The notes under the pieces: model-generated
Seen by the model: the letters and a program-made list of their open reading frames with translations, nothing else
Database searches by the model: none
What the model was told of the DNA's origin: nothing
NCBI GenBank assembly: GCA_035293285.1
Contig: DATDOM010000093.1
Coordinates: 36,495-100,494, forward strand
Reading direction: 5' to 3'
Source: Candidatus Nanoarchaeia archaeon
Lineage (GTDB): Archaea > Nanobdellota > Nanobdellia > Woesearchaeales > GW2011-AR4
DNA: 64,000 nt
Program-made: the position numbers and the translations under genes
In this document: positions 1 through 9,190 of the stretch, piece after piece
Position numbering within the stretch: the stretch's first letter is position 1
How the letters are laid out: each line of letters starts with the position of its first letter

Positions 1-443
1 TTCTGATTGTCAATTCAAGGTGGTTGTAAAGGTTATGCCTTCCTCTTAATGAACCTGAAAGGTCAGCAGGCTCTACAAGCTCAACACCCTGAGTGTGAAG
101 CACGCTTAGCTCGTTGATTATTTCAGTGTTTTTCAAGTCAGAAAGTTTCTTCACTTCGTCTTTGGCACTCTGCTCGACGTTTTTCTTTACCCTTTCAACA
201 ACTTCTTTTGGAGGGACAGCTATATATTTTATCGGCTTTCCCAATTTCATTATAACAAAACCCTTCTTTTCAAGGGATTCGAGAACATCATAGCTTCTTG
301 ACCTTGGAACATTTGCGATGTCGCTTAATTCCCCTGCGGTAGAAACTCCCCTGCTCAATAGAGCAGTCCATATCTTTACTTCATACAAATTCAGGTTGAA
401 AAACCTTCTCAACTTGCTTAAAAATTCTTCTTTAACTATCATT
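1..443 (-). CDS. TrmB-family transcriptional regulator (partial, C-terminus beyond window start)
   Basis: Reverse-complement translation from ATG at 441-443 is open to position 1. It reads MIVKEEFLSKLRRFFNLNLYEVKIWTALLSRGVSTAGELSDIANVPRSRSYDVLESLEKKGFVI..., a typical TrmB N-terminal wHTH. It is absent from the ORF track only because it runs off the window edge. Confidence 0.6.
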
Positions 444-729
444 TAACTACACCCCCCTTTTATTATTGTACAGGGGATAAAAAACACTACTATTAAAATG
501 TTGTTATTTTTCATCACTCAGCAATAAATTCATTTTAAAATAGTAATGAATTATTATAACTGATGAGTTATTACAGAAAATAGCCAGCTACTATTTAAAT
601 CTTTCTGAGCTATAGGCATTTTTTTGTTATTTTTATAAAAACAAATTTTATGCATTTTTTTTATCAATAACATTTATAAAAGAGCATAGAAACATTTTTT
701 TATCCTAAAAATTTTATTTATTATCTAAA

Positions 730-1464
730 ATGCTAAGTGGAAAAATCGCGCTTGTCACAGGCGCATCAAGGGGAATAGGAAAAGCGATAGCAATAGAGCT
801 TGCAAAACACAACGCCCACGTCATTGTAAATTATAGCAGCAACCAAAAAGATGCCGAAGAGGTGGTTGGTGAAATAAAAAATCTGGGAAAAAATTCTATC
901 TCTATCAAAGCTGATGTCAGTAATCCTGAAGAAGTCAAAAAAATGTTTGGAGAAATACAATCCAGATTCGGAAGACTTGATGTTCTTGTCAACAATGCAG
1001 GAATCACAAAAGACAGGTCACTGTGGAAAATGACTCCGGAAGAATGGAACAGGGTAATAAATGTAAATCTTGACAGCATATACCTTGTAACAAAAAATGC
1101 ACTTTCACTTATGCAAAAAGATTCAAGAATAATAAGCATATCATCAATTGTGGGACTATATGGAAATTTCGGGCAGTGCAATTACGCAGCATCAAAAGCA
1201 GGCATCATAGGCTTTACAAAATCCCTTGCAAAGGAAGTTGCAAAACAGCAGATAACAGTCAACGCAATAGCTCCTGGATTTATCGAAAGTGAAATGACGG
1301 ATAAAATCCCATTTTTGAAGAAGAAAGTGACGCTATGGATGATACCTATGAAGCGCGCAGGACTGCCTGAGGAAATAGCAAATGTAGCTGTATTCCTGGC
1401 ATCAGAAAAATCATCATATATCACTGGACAGACAATAAATGTCAATGGGGGATTTGCTTTTTAG
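730..1464 (+). CDS. fabG: 3-oxoacyl-ACP reductase-like short-chain dehydrogenase (FabG family)
   Basis: Has the TGASRGIG Rossmann motif, NNAG, and the catalytic S...YxxxK (NYAASKAG). About 244 aa, classical SDR. Confidence 0.85.
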   Translation: MLSGKIALVTGASRGIGKAIAIELAKHNAHVIVNYSSNQKDAEEVVGEIKNLGKNSISIKADVSNPEEVKKMFGEIQSRFGRLDVLVNNAGITKDRSLWKMTPEEWNRVINVNLDSIYLVTKNALSLMQKDSRIISISSIVGLYGNFGQCNYAASKAGIIGFTKSLAKEVAKQQITVNAIAPGFIESEMTDKIPFLKKKVTLWMIPMKRAGLPEEIANVAVFLASEKSSYITGQTINVNGGFAF

Positions 1465-1465
1465 A

Positions 1466-3199
1466 ATGAGCCCTGAAACATTATTAAAAAAACCCTGGAA
1501 GCCGACAAGGCCGGTATCCAAAGGAGCATCAGCATATCACGAGGCGGTATGCAACGCTGAATACTACATTGAAATTCTCGACGAACTGGCTAGAATTGCA
1601 ATCCCTGTAATAAAAGACAATGATGTAGTTGTTGATTTTGGAGCGGGCACAGGAGTATCGGCAATGAAGCTAATGTCCAAGATGAAATCAAAAATAAAAC
1701 TTTGCTTGGTTGATAATTCACAGGCGTGGCTTGCAAAGGCATTCGAGATTTTTGAAAACAATCCGGATGTTAGGTGCTTTCTTTTGGAGAAAAAAGGAGA
1801 CACTTACATGACTTTGGCAGAGACTGTAGGTCGGGAAGTTGTTGACCACGTCATATCTGCAAACACACTTCACCTTGTGAGTGACATAGGCTCGGCTTTT
1901 GACGGAATCTACAAAGCACTAAAGCCAAACGGCACTTTCATATTCCAAAGCGGGAACATCACAAGAAGCACAAGGCCTGAAGGTGCATTGATGGTTGATA
2001 ACAGCGTCAAAAGGGTGCATGACATAGCGCTTGACATTGTAAGACGCGACCCTAACTTTGCAAAATACAGAAAAGACCTCGACGAAAAAATAAGGCAGAA
2101 CGAATCTCAGAGAAAATTTGTATTTCCAGAGCCAAGGCCAATAGAGTTCTATGTGGAGTCCCTTGCAAAAGCAGGATTTAAGCATGAGGAAACCCACTTT
2201 AAGCATTTTAAGGTAAAATACAGCGACTGGCTTAATTTCCTAAGAGTAAAAAGGCTTCAGGCAGGAATCCTTCCAGAAATCGGCGGATATGAGCCGTCAC
2301 CAAAGGAAGAAAAAGACAGAGACACGCTTATTACAATTGCAACGAATATGCTTTTTGATGATTTAAAGAAAAACAACAAGCTTTCAGATGATGAAGGTTT
2401 TACAATAGAAATTGCCTATGTCAGCTCAAGAAAATCTGAAAAGCCAGATTATTACAAAGAAAAGCTTGGCCTAAAGGGAAAAATCGCGCTTGTCACAGGC
2501 GCATCAAGGGGAATAGGAAAAGCAATAGCAATAGAGCTTGCAAAAAACGGCGCAAAAGTTATTGTAAATTACAATAAAAACGAAGCTGAGGCAAATGCAG
2601 TGCTTAATGAAGTGAAAAAACTCTCTGACGGCATTTTGATCCAGGCTGACGTTTCTGATTTTGAATCGGCAAAGTCAATGGCATTGAAAATCAAGGAATC
2701 ATTTTCAAAAATAGACATACTTGTCAATAACGCCGGCATAATAACGGACAAGACGATGCAGAACATGTCTTATGAAGAATGGAGAAAAGTAATCCACACA
2801 AACCTTGACAGTGTTTTTAACGTGACAAAGAATATTTTGCCGCTAATCAACGAAAACGGGCGAATAATCAATATAAGCTCCATAGTTGCGCTGGACGGGA
2901 ATTTCGGCCAGTGCAATTACGCAGCATCAAAAGCAGGCATCATAGGCTTTACAAAATCCCTTGCAAAAGAGGTAAGCCGTAAAAAAATAACAGTCAACGC
3001 CGTTGCCCCTGGACTTATAGAAACCGACATACTCGGGCCCATACCTGCAAATGTAAGGCGGGAGTTTAATGCAAGGATTCCAATCGGCAGAAGCGGCGAG
3101 CCACAAGATGTTGCAAATCTCGTAGCATTCCTTTCTTCAGAAATGGCGGGCTATATAACTGCGGAAGTAATTCCAATCAACGGCGGCCTGCATTTTTGA
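1466..3199 (+). CDS. Fusion protein: class I SAM-dependent methyltransferase (N-terminal) + FabG-like SDR (C-terminal)
   Basis: N-terminal half has the VVDFGAGTGVSAMKL SAM-binding motif. C-terminal 240 aa has TGASRGIGKAIAIELAK...NYAASKAGIIGFTKSLAKE, near-identical to the upstream fabG. Likely start is ATG 1466, 2 nt after the fabG stop; ORF-track start 1439 overlaps fabG. Confidence 0.7.
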   Translation: MSPETLLKKPWKPTRPVSKGASAYHEAVCNAEYYIEILDELARIAIPVIKDNDVVVDFGAGTGVSAMKLMSKMKSKIKLCLVDNSQAWLAKAFEIFENNPDVRCFLLEKKGDTYMTLAETVGREVVDHVISANTLHLVSDIGSAFDGIYKALKPNGTFIFQSGNITRSTRPEGALMVDNSVKRVHDIALDIVRRDPNFAKYRKDLDEKIRQNESQRKFVFPEPRPIEFYVESLAKAGFKHEETHFKHFKVKYSDWLNFLRVKRLQAGILPEIGGYEPSPKEEKDRDTLITIATNMLFDDLKKNNKLSDDEGFTIEIAYVSSRKSEKPDYYKEKLGLKGKIALVTGASRGIGKAIAIELAKNGAKVIVNYNKNEAEANAVLNEVKKLSDGILIQADVSDFESAKSMALKIKESFSKIDILVNNAGIITDKTMQNMSYEEWRKVIHTNLDSVFNVTKNILPLINENGRIINISSIVALDGNFGQCNYAASKAGIIGFTKSLAKEVSRKKITVNAVAPGLIETDILGPIPANVRREFNARIPIGRSGEPQDVANLVAFLSSEMAGYITAEVIPINGGLHF

Positions 3200-3228
3200 A
3201 ACAGGTAATTTTAAATACTAAATAAGCC

Positions 3229-3269
3229 TTCTAAGAACTATTGCGCAGTGCGCAAGATTGTTTTTAGAA
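3229..3269. promoter_or_regulatory. Composite palindrome centred on TTGCGCAgTGCGCAA, upstream of the TRAM-domain gene
   Basis: Perfect 7-bp arms TTGCGCA / TGCGCAA (3241-3255), flanked by a second imperfect inverted pair ttctaagaac / gtttttagaa. Sits 45-85 nt upstream of the 3313 start. Confidence 0.35.
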
Positions 3270-3312
3270 TGACGAGTTCTAAAAAGCTTAAATAACATAG
3301 AGGTAAATAAAT

Positions 3313-3699
3313 ATGAGACAAGATAGAGGAGGAAGGCGTGATTTTGGCGCCAGCAGAAGTTTTGCCCCTGTAAAGGTCGGCGACGAGATTGATGTGAAAA
3401 TTGAGGCCGTAGGCGAAAAAGGAGACGGAATCGGAAAAGTAAGCGGTTTTGTCATATTCGTGCCAGGTACTGAAGTAGGGAAAACCTACAAAATAAGGAT
3501 CACAAGAGTGTTACAAAAAGTAGCTTTTGCCGAAGTAATCGGAGAAGGAAGTTCTGATTCAAGCGCAGAGCAGCCGCAGTCAGATGACTCGTCTGAATCG
3601 CAGGAACCTTCAGAAGGTTCACAAGAATCAGACCAGCAAGAACCGTCAGACTCTGACTCAGACAACTTTGGAGAAGAAGGCGAAGAAGAAACACAGTAA
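3313..3699 (+). CDS. TRAM-domain protein with acidic Ser/Glu/Asp-rich C-terminal tail
   Basis: VKVGDEIDVKIEAVGEKGDGIGKVSGFVIFVPGTEVGKTYKIRITRV matches stand-alone archaeal TRAM-domain proteins. It is followed by a low-complexity SDSSAEQPQSDDSSESQE... tail. Confidence 0.7.
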   Translation: MRQDRGGRRDFGASRSFAPVKVGDEIDVKIEAVGEKGDGIGKVSGFVIFVPGTEVGKTYKIRITRVLQKVAFAEVIGEGSSDSSAEQPQSDDSSESQEPSEGSQESDQQEPSDSDSDNFGEEGEEETQ

Positions 3700-3732
3700 T
3701 TATTTTTTTATTTTATAATTTTATTTTTTCTC

Positions 3733-4263
3733 ATGAGGCTTTTCATCGCAATTGACTTTGACAGCATTAATGGCTACTTAAAAGAGATTCAATCGCAGCT
3801 TTTGGAAATCTCAAATCTTTCCCTTGTAACTTCTTTTCACCTAACGCTGAAATTTCTTGGAGAAGTGGAAGAGGAAAATTACAGCTTAATAAAATCAAAG
3901 CTAAAGGAAATAAAATTTGAGAAGTTTAATATTTTTCTTGACAAAGTCGGTGTTTTTGAGACAAGAGGCGAGCCGGGAGTCGTATTTGTCAGCATAAAGC
4001 AGCAAATCAATCTTTTAGAGCTCCAAAAATCCATAGAATCCGCACTAAGCGGTTTTAGCAGTGATTTTGACTTTACGGCCCATGTCACCTTGGCAAGAGC
4101 CAGGAAATTGGACGACAAAAAACAGTTCATCGGAAAAATAATAAAAATACAATTCAAAAATCTATCAGTAACGGTTGACAAATTTGAATTAATGAAAAGC
4201 GAGCTTACAAGAAAAGGACCAGCCTACACAGTAATTGAACCTTTCAAGTGCAGCAATTTATAG
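3733..4263 (+). CDS. thpR: RNA 2',3'-cyclic phosphodiesterase (ThpR/LigT, 2H phosphoesterase)
   Basis: Two H-x-T-x motifs (HLTLKF and HVTLAR) in a ~176-aa protein, typical of the 2H/LigT family. Confidence 0.7.
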   Translation: MRLFIAIDFDSINGYLKEIQSQLLEISNLSLVTSFHLTLKFLGEVEEENYSLIKSKLKEIKFEKFNIFLDKVGVFETRGEPGVVFVSIKQQINLLELQKSIESALSGFSSDFDFTAHVTLARARKLDDKKQFIGKIIKIQFKNLSVTVDKFELMKSELTRKGPAYTVIEPFKCSNL

Positions 4264-4304
4264 GTCACCCAAACATTTTTATTAAATAGTCCTTAAATTA
4301 AGTT

Positions 4305-4952
4305 ATGGTCTACCCTATATGGAACACACTAGTCTGGTCCTGGTATCAGCTTTGGGTCAAGAAAATAGAGGGCATCGAAAACATTCCGCAAAAAGGAGCT
4401 TTTATCGTAGTGCTGAACCATTCAAGCTTTTATGACATAGCACTATCACACGGAATCATAGCAAAAAGGCTTAACAGAAAAATACACCCTTTTGTGAATT
4501 CAAAGTTCTGGAAAAACATAATTGCAAAAAATATTCTTGACTGCGGAGAATGCATTCCTGTTTTTGTCTCAGGAGATAAAAACTCAAGGGACAAAAACGA
4601 AAAATCAATGAAATTGGCGCTAAAATACCTTAAAAAAGGTGACATAATCTCAATATTTCCGGAAGGAAAAAGAAGTCCTGACGGAGTTTTGGGCAAGGCT
4701 TATAACGGCGCTGCCAAACTTTCTATTGCTTCAGGTGCACCTATCTTGCCTGTAGGAATTATAGAATCATATAAAGTGCTCCCAAAAGGCGCACTTTTTC
4801 CAAGATTTTTAAGATGCCGGGTGAAAATAGGAAAACCAGTATACCCTTCAGACTTTAAACTCAAAAGAAAGAAAGAAAAATTAGCTGATGAACTGACGAG
4901 GGTTTTTATGGGAGAAATCGCAAAAATGATAGGACAAAAATACATTTATTGA
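4305..4952 (+). CDS. plsC: Lysophospholipid/1-acyl-sn-glycerol-3-phosphate acyltransferase family protein (PlsC/LPLAT)
   Basis: HxxxxD motif (NHSSFYD) and FPEGKRS motif of the LPLAT superfamily. Confidence 0.7.
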   Translation: MVYPIWNTLVWSWYQLWVKKIEGIENIPQKGAFIVVLNHSSFYDIALSHGIIAKRLNRKIHPFVNSKFWKNIIAKNILDCGECIPVFVSGDKNSRDKNEKSMKLALKYLKKGDIISIFPEGKRSPDGVLGKAYNGAAKLSIASGAPILPVGIIESYKVLPKGALFPRFLRCRVKIGKPVYPSDFKLKRKKEKLADELTRVFMGEIAKMIGQKYIY

Positions 4953-4956
4953 AAAA

Positions 4957-5589
4957 ATGGTATACTTTTTTGCCAAAAAATTCCTGGTTCCGGTATTCCG
5001 GCTATGGATTAAGGACATAACTGGAGTTGAGAATATTTTGGAAAACTCTCAATTGATAATTGCCGCAAACCATTCAAGCTATGTTGACCACCTTTTTCTT
5101 TGCTCAATAGTGATTCCGAAAACCAACAAAAAACTGCATTTTCTTGCAAAAAAAGAGCACTTTGACAGCCTGGCACAGCGGCTTTGGCACAATTACGCCG
5201 GCGCGATACCCCTAGACAGGCAGGCGGGCGGAAAAGAGGCTCTTAAGCAGGCGATAAAGGAGCTAAAACAAAAAAAAATAATTGGTATTTATCCCGAGGG
5301 CACAAGAACACTTGATGGCAAAATGCAGAGAGCAAAGACTGGAGTTGCAAGGCTTGCGCTGCTTTCCAAAGCGCCAGTAGTTCCTGTCGGCCTTATAGGG
5401 ACTTTTGAAATAATGCCGAAAGGAAAATATCTCCCAAGGCTAAAAAGTGCAAAAGTCAATATCGGAAAGCCTATCACATTTGAAAAATATTACGGGAAAC
5501 GAATCACAAAAAAACTTTTACGAGAGGTTACAAACATAATAATGAAAGAGATTGCAAGGCTTTCAAAACAGAAATACAATTTTGACTGA
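4957..5589 (+). CDS. plsC: Second PlsC/LPLAT-family acyltransferase (tandem paralog)
   Basis: NHSSYVDH and YPEGTRT motifs. Same architecture as the upstream gene. Confidence 0.7.
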   Translation: MVYFFAKKFLVPVFRLWIKDITGVENILENSQLIIAANHSSYVDHLFLCSIVIPKTNKKLHFLAKKEHFDSLAQRLWHNYAGAIPLDRQAGGKEALKQAIKELKQKKIIGIYPEGTRTLDGKMQRAKTGVARLALLSKAPVVPVGLIGTFEIMPKGKYLPRLKSAKVNIGKPITFEKYYGKRITKKLLREVTNIIMKEIARLSKQKYNFD

Positions 5590-5635
5590 TATTTTCAAGT
5601 AAAACTTTATATACATTAAATTTTTAATCCAAAAA

Positions 5636-6610
5636 ATGAAAATAGCAATTCTTGGGGCAGGGAGCTGGGGAACTGCGCTTGCGGCAACAGTCTCGCAAAA
5701 CAACGAAGTCAGCCTTTGGGCAAGAAGAAAAGGGCTTTGTGATGAAATAAACAGGACGAGGAAGAACAAGACTTATCTTGACGGAATTACGCTTCCATCC
5801 AATTTTTTTGCAAAAAATTCCATAAAAGACACTGTTGAGGGCTCGCAGATTATAATAAGCGTGATTCCAAGTGAATACTTAAGAAATGTGATGCAGTCGC
5901 TAAAGCCGTTTGTTTCAAATCAAATTATAATCAGCGCAACAAAAGGCATTGAGCATTCCAGCGGCAAGAGGATGTCGCAAGTTATTGAGGATGAGCTTGG
6001 CAAAAGAGTGAAGGTTGCAGCACTTTCAGGCCCAAACCACGCCGAAGAAGTTGCAAGAAAAATGCCGACGGCAAGCGTGATTGCATGCAGGGACAAGAAA
6101 ACTGCACTGGCATGCTCAAAAGCCATCAGCACGGATTCCTTCAAGGTTTACCCTCTTGATGACATTGCAGGAGTTGAAACCTGCGGCGCTTTGAAAAACA
6201 TAACTGCAATAGCAACAGGCGTATGTGACGGCTTTGGATTTGGGGACAATGCGCGCTCGTCAATAATGACAATGGGCCTTGTTGAAATGAACACTTTTGG
6301 AAGGGCTTTTGGGGCAAAAAGAGGCACAGTTTACGGCCTTGCAGGCGTTGGAGACCTAATAGCAACCTGCGTAAGCAAGCATTCAAGAAACAGGTATGTC
6401 GGCGAGCAGCTTGCAAAAGGAAAATCAATTTCCCAAATCAAGACTGAAATGAAGGGGATGGTTGCAGAAGGAATTCCCACAACAAAGGCAGTTTATGAAT
6501 ATGCCAAAAAGCATAACCTTGAAATGCCGCTTGCAAAGCAGGCGTATGAAGTTATTTATAACGGAAAACCGATCAAGACGGCAATAAAGGACCTTCTTGA
6601 CCTGGTTTAA
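5636..6610 (+). CDS. gpsA: NAD(P)H-dependent sn-glycerol-3-phosphate dehydrogenase (bacterial-type GpsA)
   Basis: MKIAILGAGSWGTALA N-terminus, GPNHAEEV, GVGDLIATC; 324 aa. Classic GpsA signature. Confidence 0.85.
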   Translation: MKIAILGAGSWGTALAATVSQNNEVSLWARRKGLCDEINRTRKNKTYLDGITLPSNFFAKNSIKDTVEGSQIIISVIPSEYLRNVMQSLKPFVSNQIIISATKGIEHSSGKRMSQVIEDELGKRVKVAALSGPNHAEEVARKMPTASVIACRDKKTALACSKAISTDSFKVYPLDDIAGVETCGALKNITAIATGVCDGFGFGDNARSSIMTMGLVEMNTFGRAFGAKRGTVYGLAGVGDLIATCVSKHSRNRYVGEQLAKGKSISQIKTEMKGMVAEGIPTTKAVYEYAKKHNLEMPLAKQAYEVIYNGKPIKTAIKDLLDLV

Positions 6611-6622
6611 TCAAAAAGAAAA

Positions 6623-7219
6623 TCACTCTTCTGTGAAGTCTTCAAGCTTGTTTGGCAGTTCTTCGTTGTCCTTTAGAGTGCCTTTAATTTTCATATATTC
6701 CTTTGTAAGGATGAAAAACAACAATCCAAGCGATTTCTTTCCCTTGTTGTTGCAAGGCACTACCAAATCAATATAGTTTGACTGGTTGTTTGTGTCGCAT
6801 AATGCAATTACAGGAATTCCACTTTTTACAGCGTCCATTACTGCATTCCTGTCAGGCCAGGCGTCAACTACCATTACAATCTTTGCTTCTGTGTATTCCT
6901 CAAGCTGAGGGTTTGTAAGCATTCCGGGAGGATATCTTCCTGCAATTATCCTAATCCCCGTCAATTTTCCGAAAAGCTCAACAGGCTTCCAGCCGTTCTC
7001 CCTTCTGCATATTATCAGTATGTCTTTTGGGTCGTACTGCGATAAAAATGATGCCGCGATAGTAATCCTTTCATCAATTTTCTGAAGATTCAGAACACTT
7101 AGGCCGTCAGGCCTTGTCTTGTAGATGAACTGCTCCATGTATTTTGTCCTGAATTTTGTGCCGATGTGTATTCCTGACTTAAGATAAGTATCCCTTGCCA
7201 CCAAAAATTTTTCTTCCAT
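6623..7219 (-). CDS. rps2: 30S ribosomal protein uS2 (archaeal/eukaryal type)
   Basis: ~198 aa. HIGTKFRTKYMEQFIYKTRPDGLSVLNLQK and ALCDTNNQSNYIDLVVPCNNKGKKSLGLLFFIL resemble archaeal S2 / eukaryotic SA-p40, not bacterial uS2. Confidence 0.9.
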   Translation of the reverse strand: MEEKFLVARDTYLKSGIHIGTKFRTKYMEQFIYKTRPDGLSVLNLQKIDERITIAASFLSQYDPKDILIICRRENGWKPVELFGKLTGIRIIAGRYPPGMLTNPQLEEYTEAKIVMVVDAWPDRNAVMDAVKSGIPVIALCDTNNQSNYIDLVVPCNNKGKKSLGLLFFILTKEYMKIKGTLKDNEELPNKLEDFTEE

Positions 7220-7366
7220 TTTAATACCTCATAATGTTTTTGCTTAATCTAATGAGTCCAGAATTCTGAACCGCATTTTATAGCCCCGCAGTAGTTGAAG
7301 CAACGCTTCTAGGCAATACTCTTAGGATAGAATATCTATTTAAAAAGGTTACTACTCCCCGTTATT

Positions 7367-8026
7367 ATGAAAGTAATATGCGTGACAGGAACTCCAGGGA
7401 CAGGAAAAACAACAGTAGCCAAAAAACTGGCATTAAAGATTGGTTTTCTTTATCTTGATATAAACGGCTTTGTTTCCAAAAACAAATTATATTCCGGTTA
7501 CGATAAAAAAAGAAAGTCAAAAATAGTTGACATTAAGAAACTGAACAAGGAGTTAGTTAAAGAAATCAAGTATTTTACAAGAGCCCGGGATTTTTTTAAA
7601 AGCCATAATGTAAAAACGTCAAATGAGCTTGCCAAGCTGGCGGGGCATGACAGCATTAACACACTGCAATTATTAAAAACATTAAACTCCTACTCATTAA
7701 ACGGATATTTCAATTACGGAAAAACATTAAATAACGACTATATCAATAAACTTAAAAAAATAAAAGGAATGATAATAGATTCGCACCTTTCCCATTATCT
7801 TCCTAAAAAATATGTTGACTTATGCATTGTCACTAAATGCGGCATTTCTGAACTCAATAAAAGGCTGAAAAAAAGAAAATACTCAAAGGCAAAAATAAAG
7901 GAGAACCTGCAGGCAGAAATATTTGATGTATGCAGGCAAGAGGCGCTAAAGAATAAACATAAAGTCATAACTGTTGACACTGCAAAAACTATTAATATTA
8001 CTTCAATTGCCAAGAAGTTAAGATGA
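7367..8026 (+). CDS. Fap7/AK6-like adenylate kinase (COG1936-type P-loop kinase) with internal insertion
   Basis: MKVICVTGTPGTGKTTVAKKLA Walker A, IDSHLSHYLP, VDLCIVTKC, ENLQAEIFDV are Fap7 signatures. A ~60-aa extra segment sits between the N-terminal region and the DSHLSH block. Confidence 0.55.
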   Translation: MKVICVTGTPGTGKTTVAKKLALKIGFLYLDINGFVSKNKLYSGYDKKRKSKIVDIKKLNKELVKEIKYFTRARDFFKSHNVKTSNELAKLAGHDSINTLQLLKTLNSYSLNGYFNYGKTLNNDYINKLKKIKGMIIDSHLSHYLPKKYVDLCIVTKCGISELNKRLKKRKYSKAKIKENLQAEIFDVCRQEALKNKHKVITVDTAKTINITSIAKKLR

Positions 8027-9183
8027 CAAACAATTTAACGAAAAGGGTTCTAAACATCGCACCAAGCGCAACTTTGGCAATAGATTCCAAGGCAAAGCAG
8101 CTTAAAAAAGATGGCAAGGATATGGTCATATTTGGCGCAGGCGAGCCAGATTTTAATACGCCGGATAACATAAAGCGGGCTGCGATAAAAGCTGTTGAAA
8201 ACAACATAACAAGATACACTCCCGTTGCAGGAATTCCTGAATTGAAAAAAGCAGTTTCCGACAAGTTCAGGAAATTCAACAAAATAAATTATGACACTTC
8301 TGAAATACTCATAAGCTGCGGCGGCAAGCATTCGCTTTACAACATCTGTATGGCAGTGCTTGAAAAAGGAGACGAGGCGATTTTGCCAGTGCCTTACTGG
8401 GTAAGCTATGACGAGATGATTAAGCTTTGTGATGCAAAGACTGTGTTTTGCAACACTGACGAGAAATTCAAGCTTACTGCAAAAGACGTTGAGGAAAAAA
8501 TAACAAAGCACACAAAACTGCTTTTTCTAAACAGCCCCTCAAACCCAAGCGGCGCTGTTGTTGAGCCTTCAGAAATCAGGAAGATTGCAAAGCTTGCAGT
8601 TGACCATAATTTTTATGTCATCTCTGATGAGGTTTATGAATACCTGATTTACGGAAAAGAGCACCTAAGCATTGCCTCAATAAATGACGAGATTAAAAAC
8701 CTCACAATCACTGCAAATTCTGTCTCAAAGACTTATGCGATGACTGGCTGGAGAATTGGATACCTTGGAGCAAACAGGGAGCTTGTTAATGCAATGACAA
8801 ACTTACAAGGGCACTCGACAAGCAATGCGTCAAACATAGCACAGATGGCTGCTATTGAAGCATTAAACGGGCCGCAGGATTCTGTTGCAAAAATGGTGAA
8901 GGCATTTGACGAAAGAAGAAAATTCATGTGGAAAAGGCTCAATGAAATGGGGCTTGAGTGTGTCGAGCCCGAAGGGGCATTTTATGCATTTCCTTCAATC
9001 AAAAGCACAAAACTGGACTCAACGAAATTCTGCTCAAAGCTTTTGGATGAGGCTTTAGTTGCCGTAGTTCCTGGAAACGCATTCGGTTCTGATGATTTTG
9101 TAAGGCTAAGTTACGCAACTTCAATGCAGGAAATAGAAAAAGGGATGGACAGAATTGAGAAGTGGCTTAAGACAATCAACTAG
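8023..9183 (+). CDS. aspC: Aspartate/aromatic aminotransferase (class I PLP-dependent)
   Basis: SVSKTYAMTGWRIGY lysine motif and NPSGAV; 386 aa. Confidence 0.85.
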   Translation: MTNNLTKRVLNIAPSATLAIDSKAKQLKKDGKDMVIFGAGEPDFNTPDNIKRAAIKAVENNITRYTPVAGIPELKKAVSDKFRKFNKINYDTSEILISCGGKHSLYNICMAVLEKGDEAILPVPYWVSYDEMIKLCDAKTVFCNTDEKFKLTAKDVEEKITKHTKLLFLNSPSNPSGAVVEPSEIRKIAKLAVDHNFYVISDEVYEYLIYGKEHLSIASINDEIKNLTITANSVSKTYAMTGWRIGYLGANRELVNAMTNLQGHSTSNASNIAQMAAIEALNGPQDSVAKMVKAFDERRKFMWKRLNEMGLECVEPEGAFYAFPSIKSTKLDSTKFCSKLLDEALVAVVPGNAFGSDDFVRLSYATSMQEIEKGMDRIEKWLKTIN

Positions 9184-9190
9184 TGTTACA

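Noticed and set aside
766-1445. Three minus-strand ORFs (64, 116, 87 aa) overlapping fabG, and many similar antisense ORFs throughout the track (e.g. 3500-3694, 4430-4945, 9555-10188, 14333-14647, 27579-28135, 38338-39708, 40724-41789, 47282-48952, 53400-54185)
   Set aside because: They lie fully inside well-supported genes on the opposite strand, have no motifs and show atypical composition. They are treated as shadow ORFs.
7250-7330. GC-richer patch (agccccgcagtagttgaagcaacgcttctaggc) between rps2 and the Fap7-like gene, considered as a possible tRNA or small RNA
   Set aside because: I could find no cloverleaf or T-loop consensus and no convincing hairpin. It is more likely promoter/5' UTR sequence.
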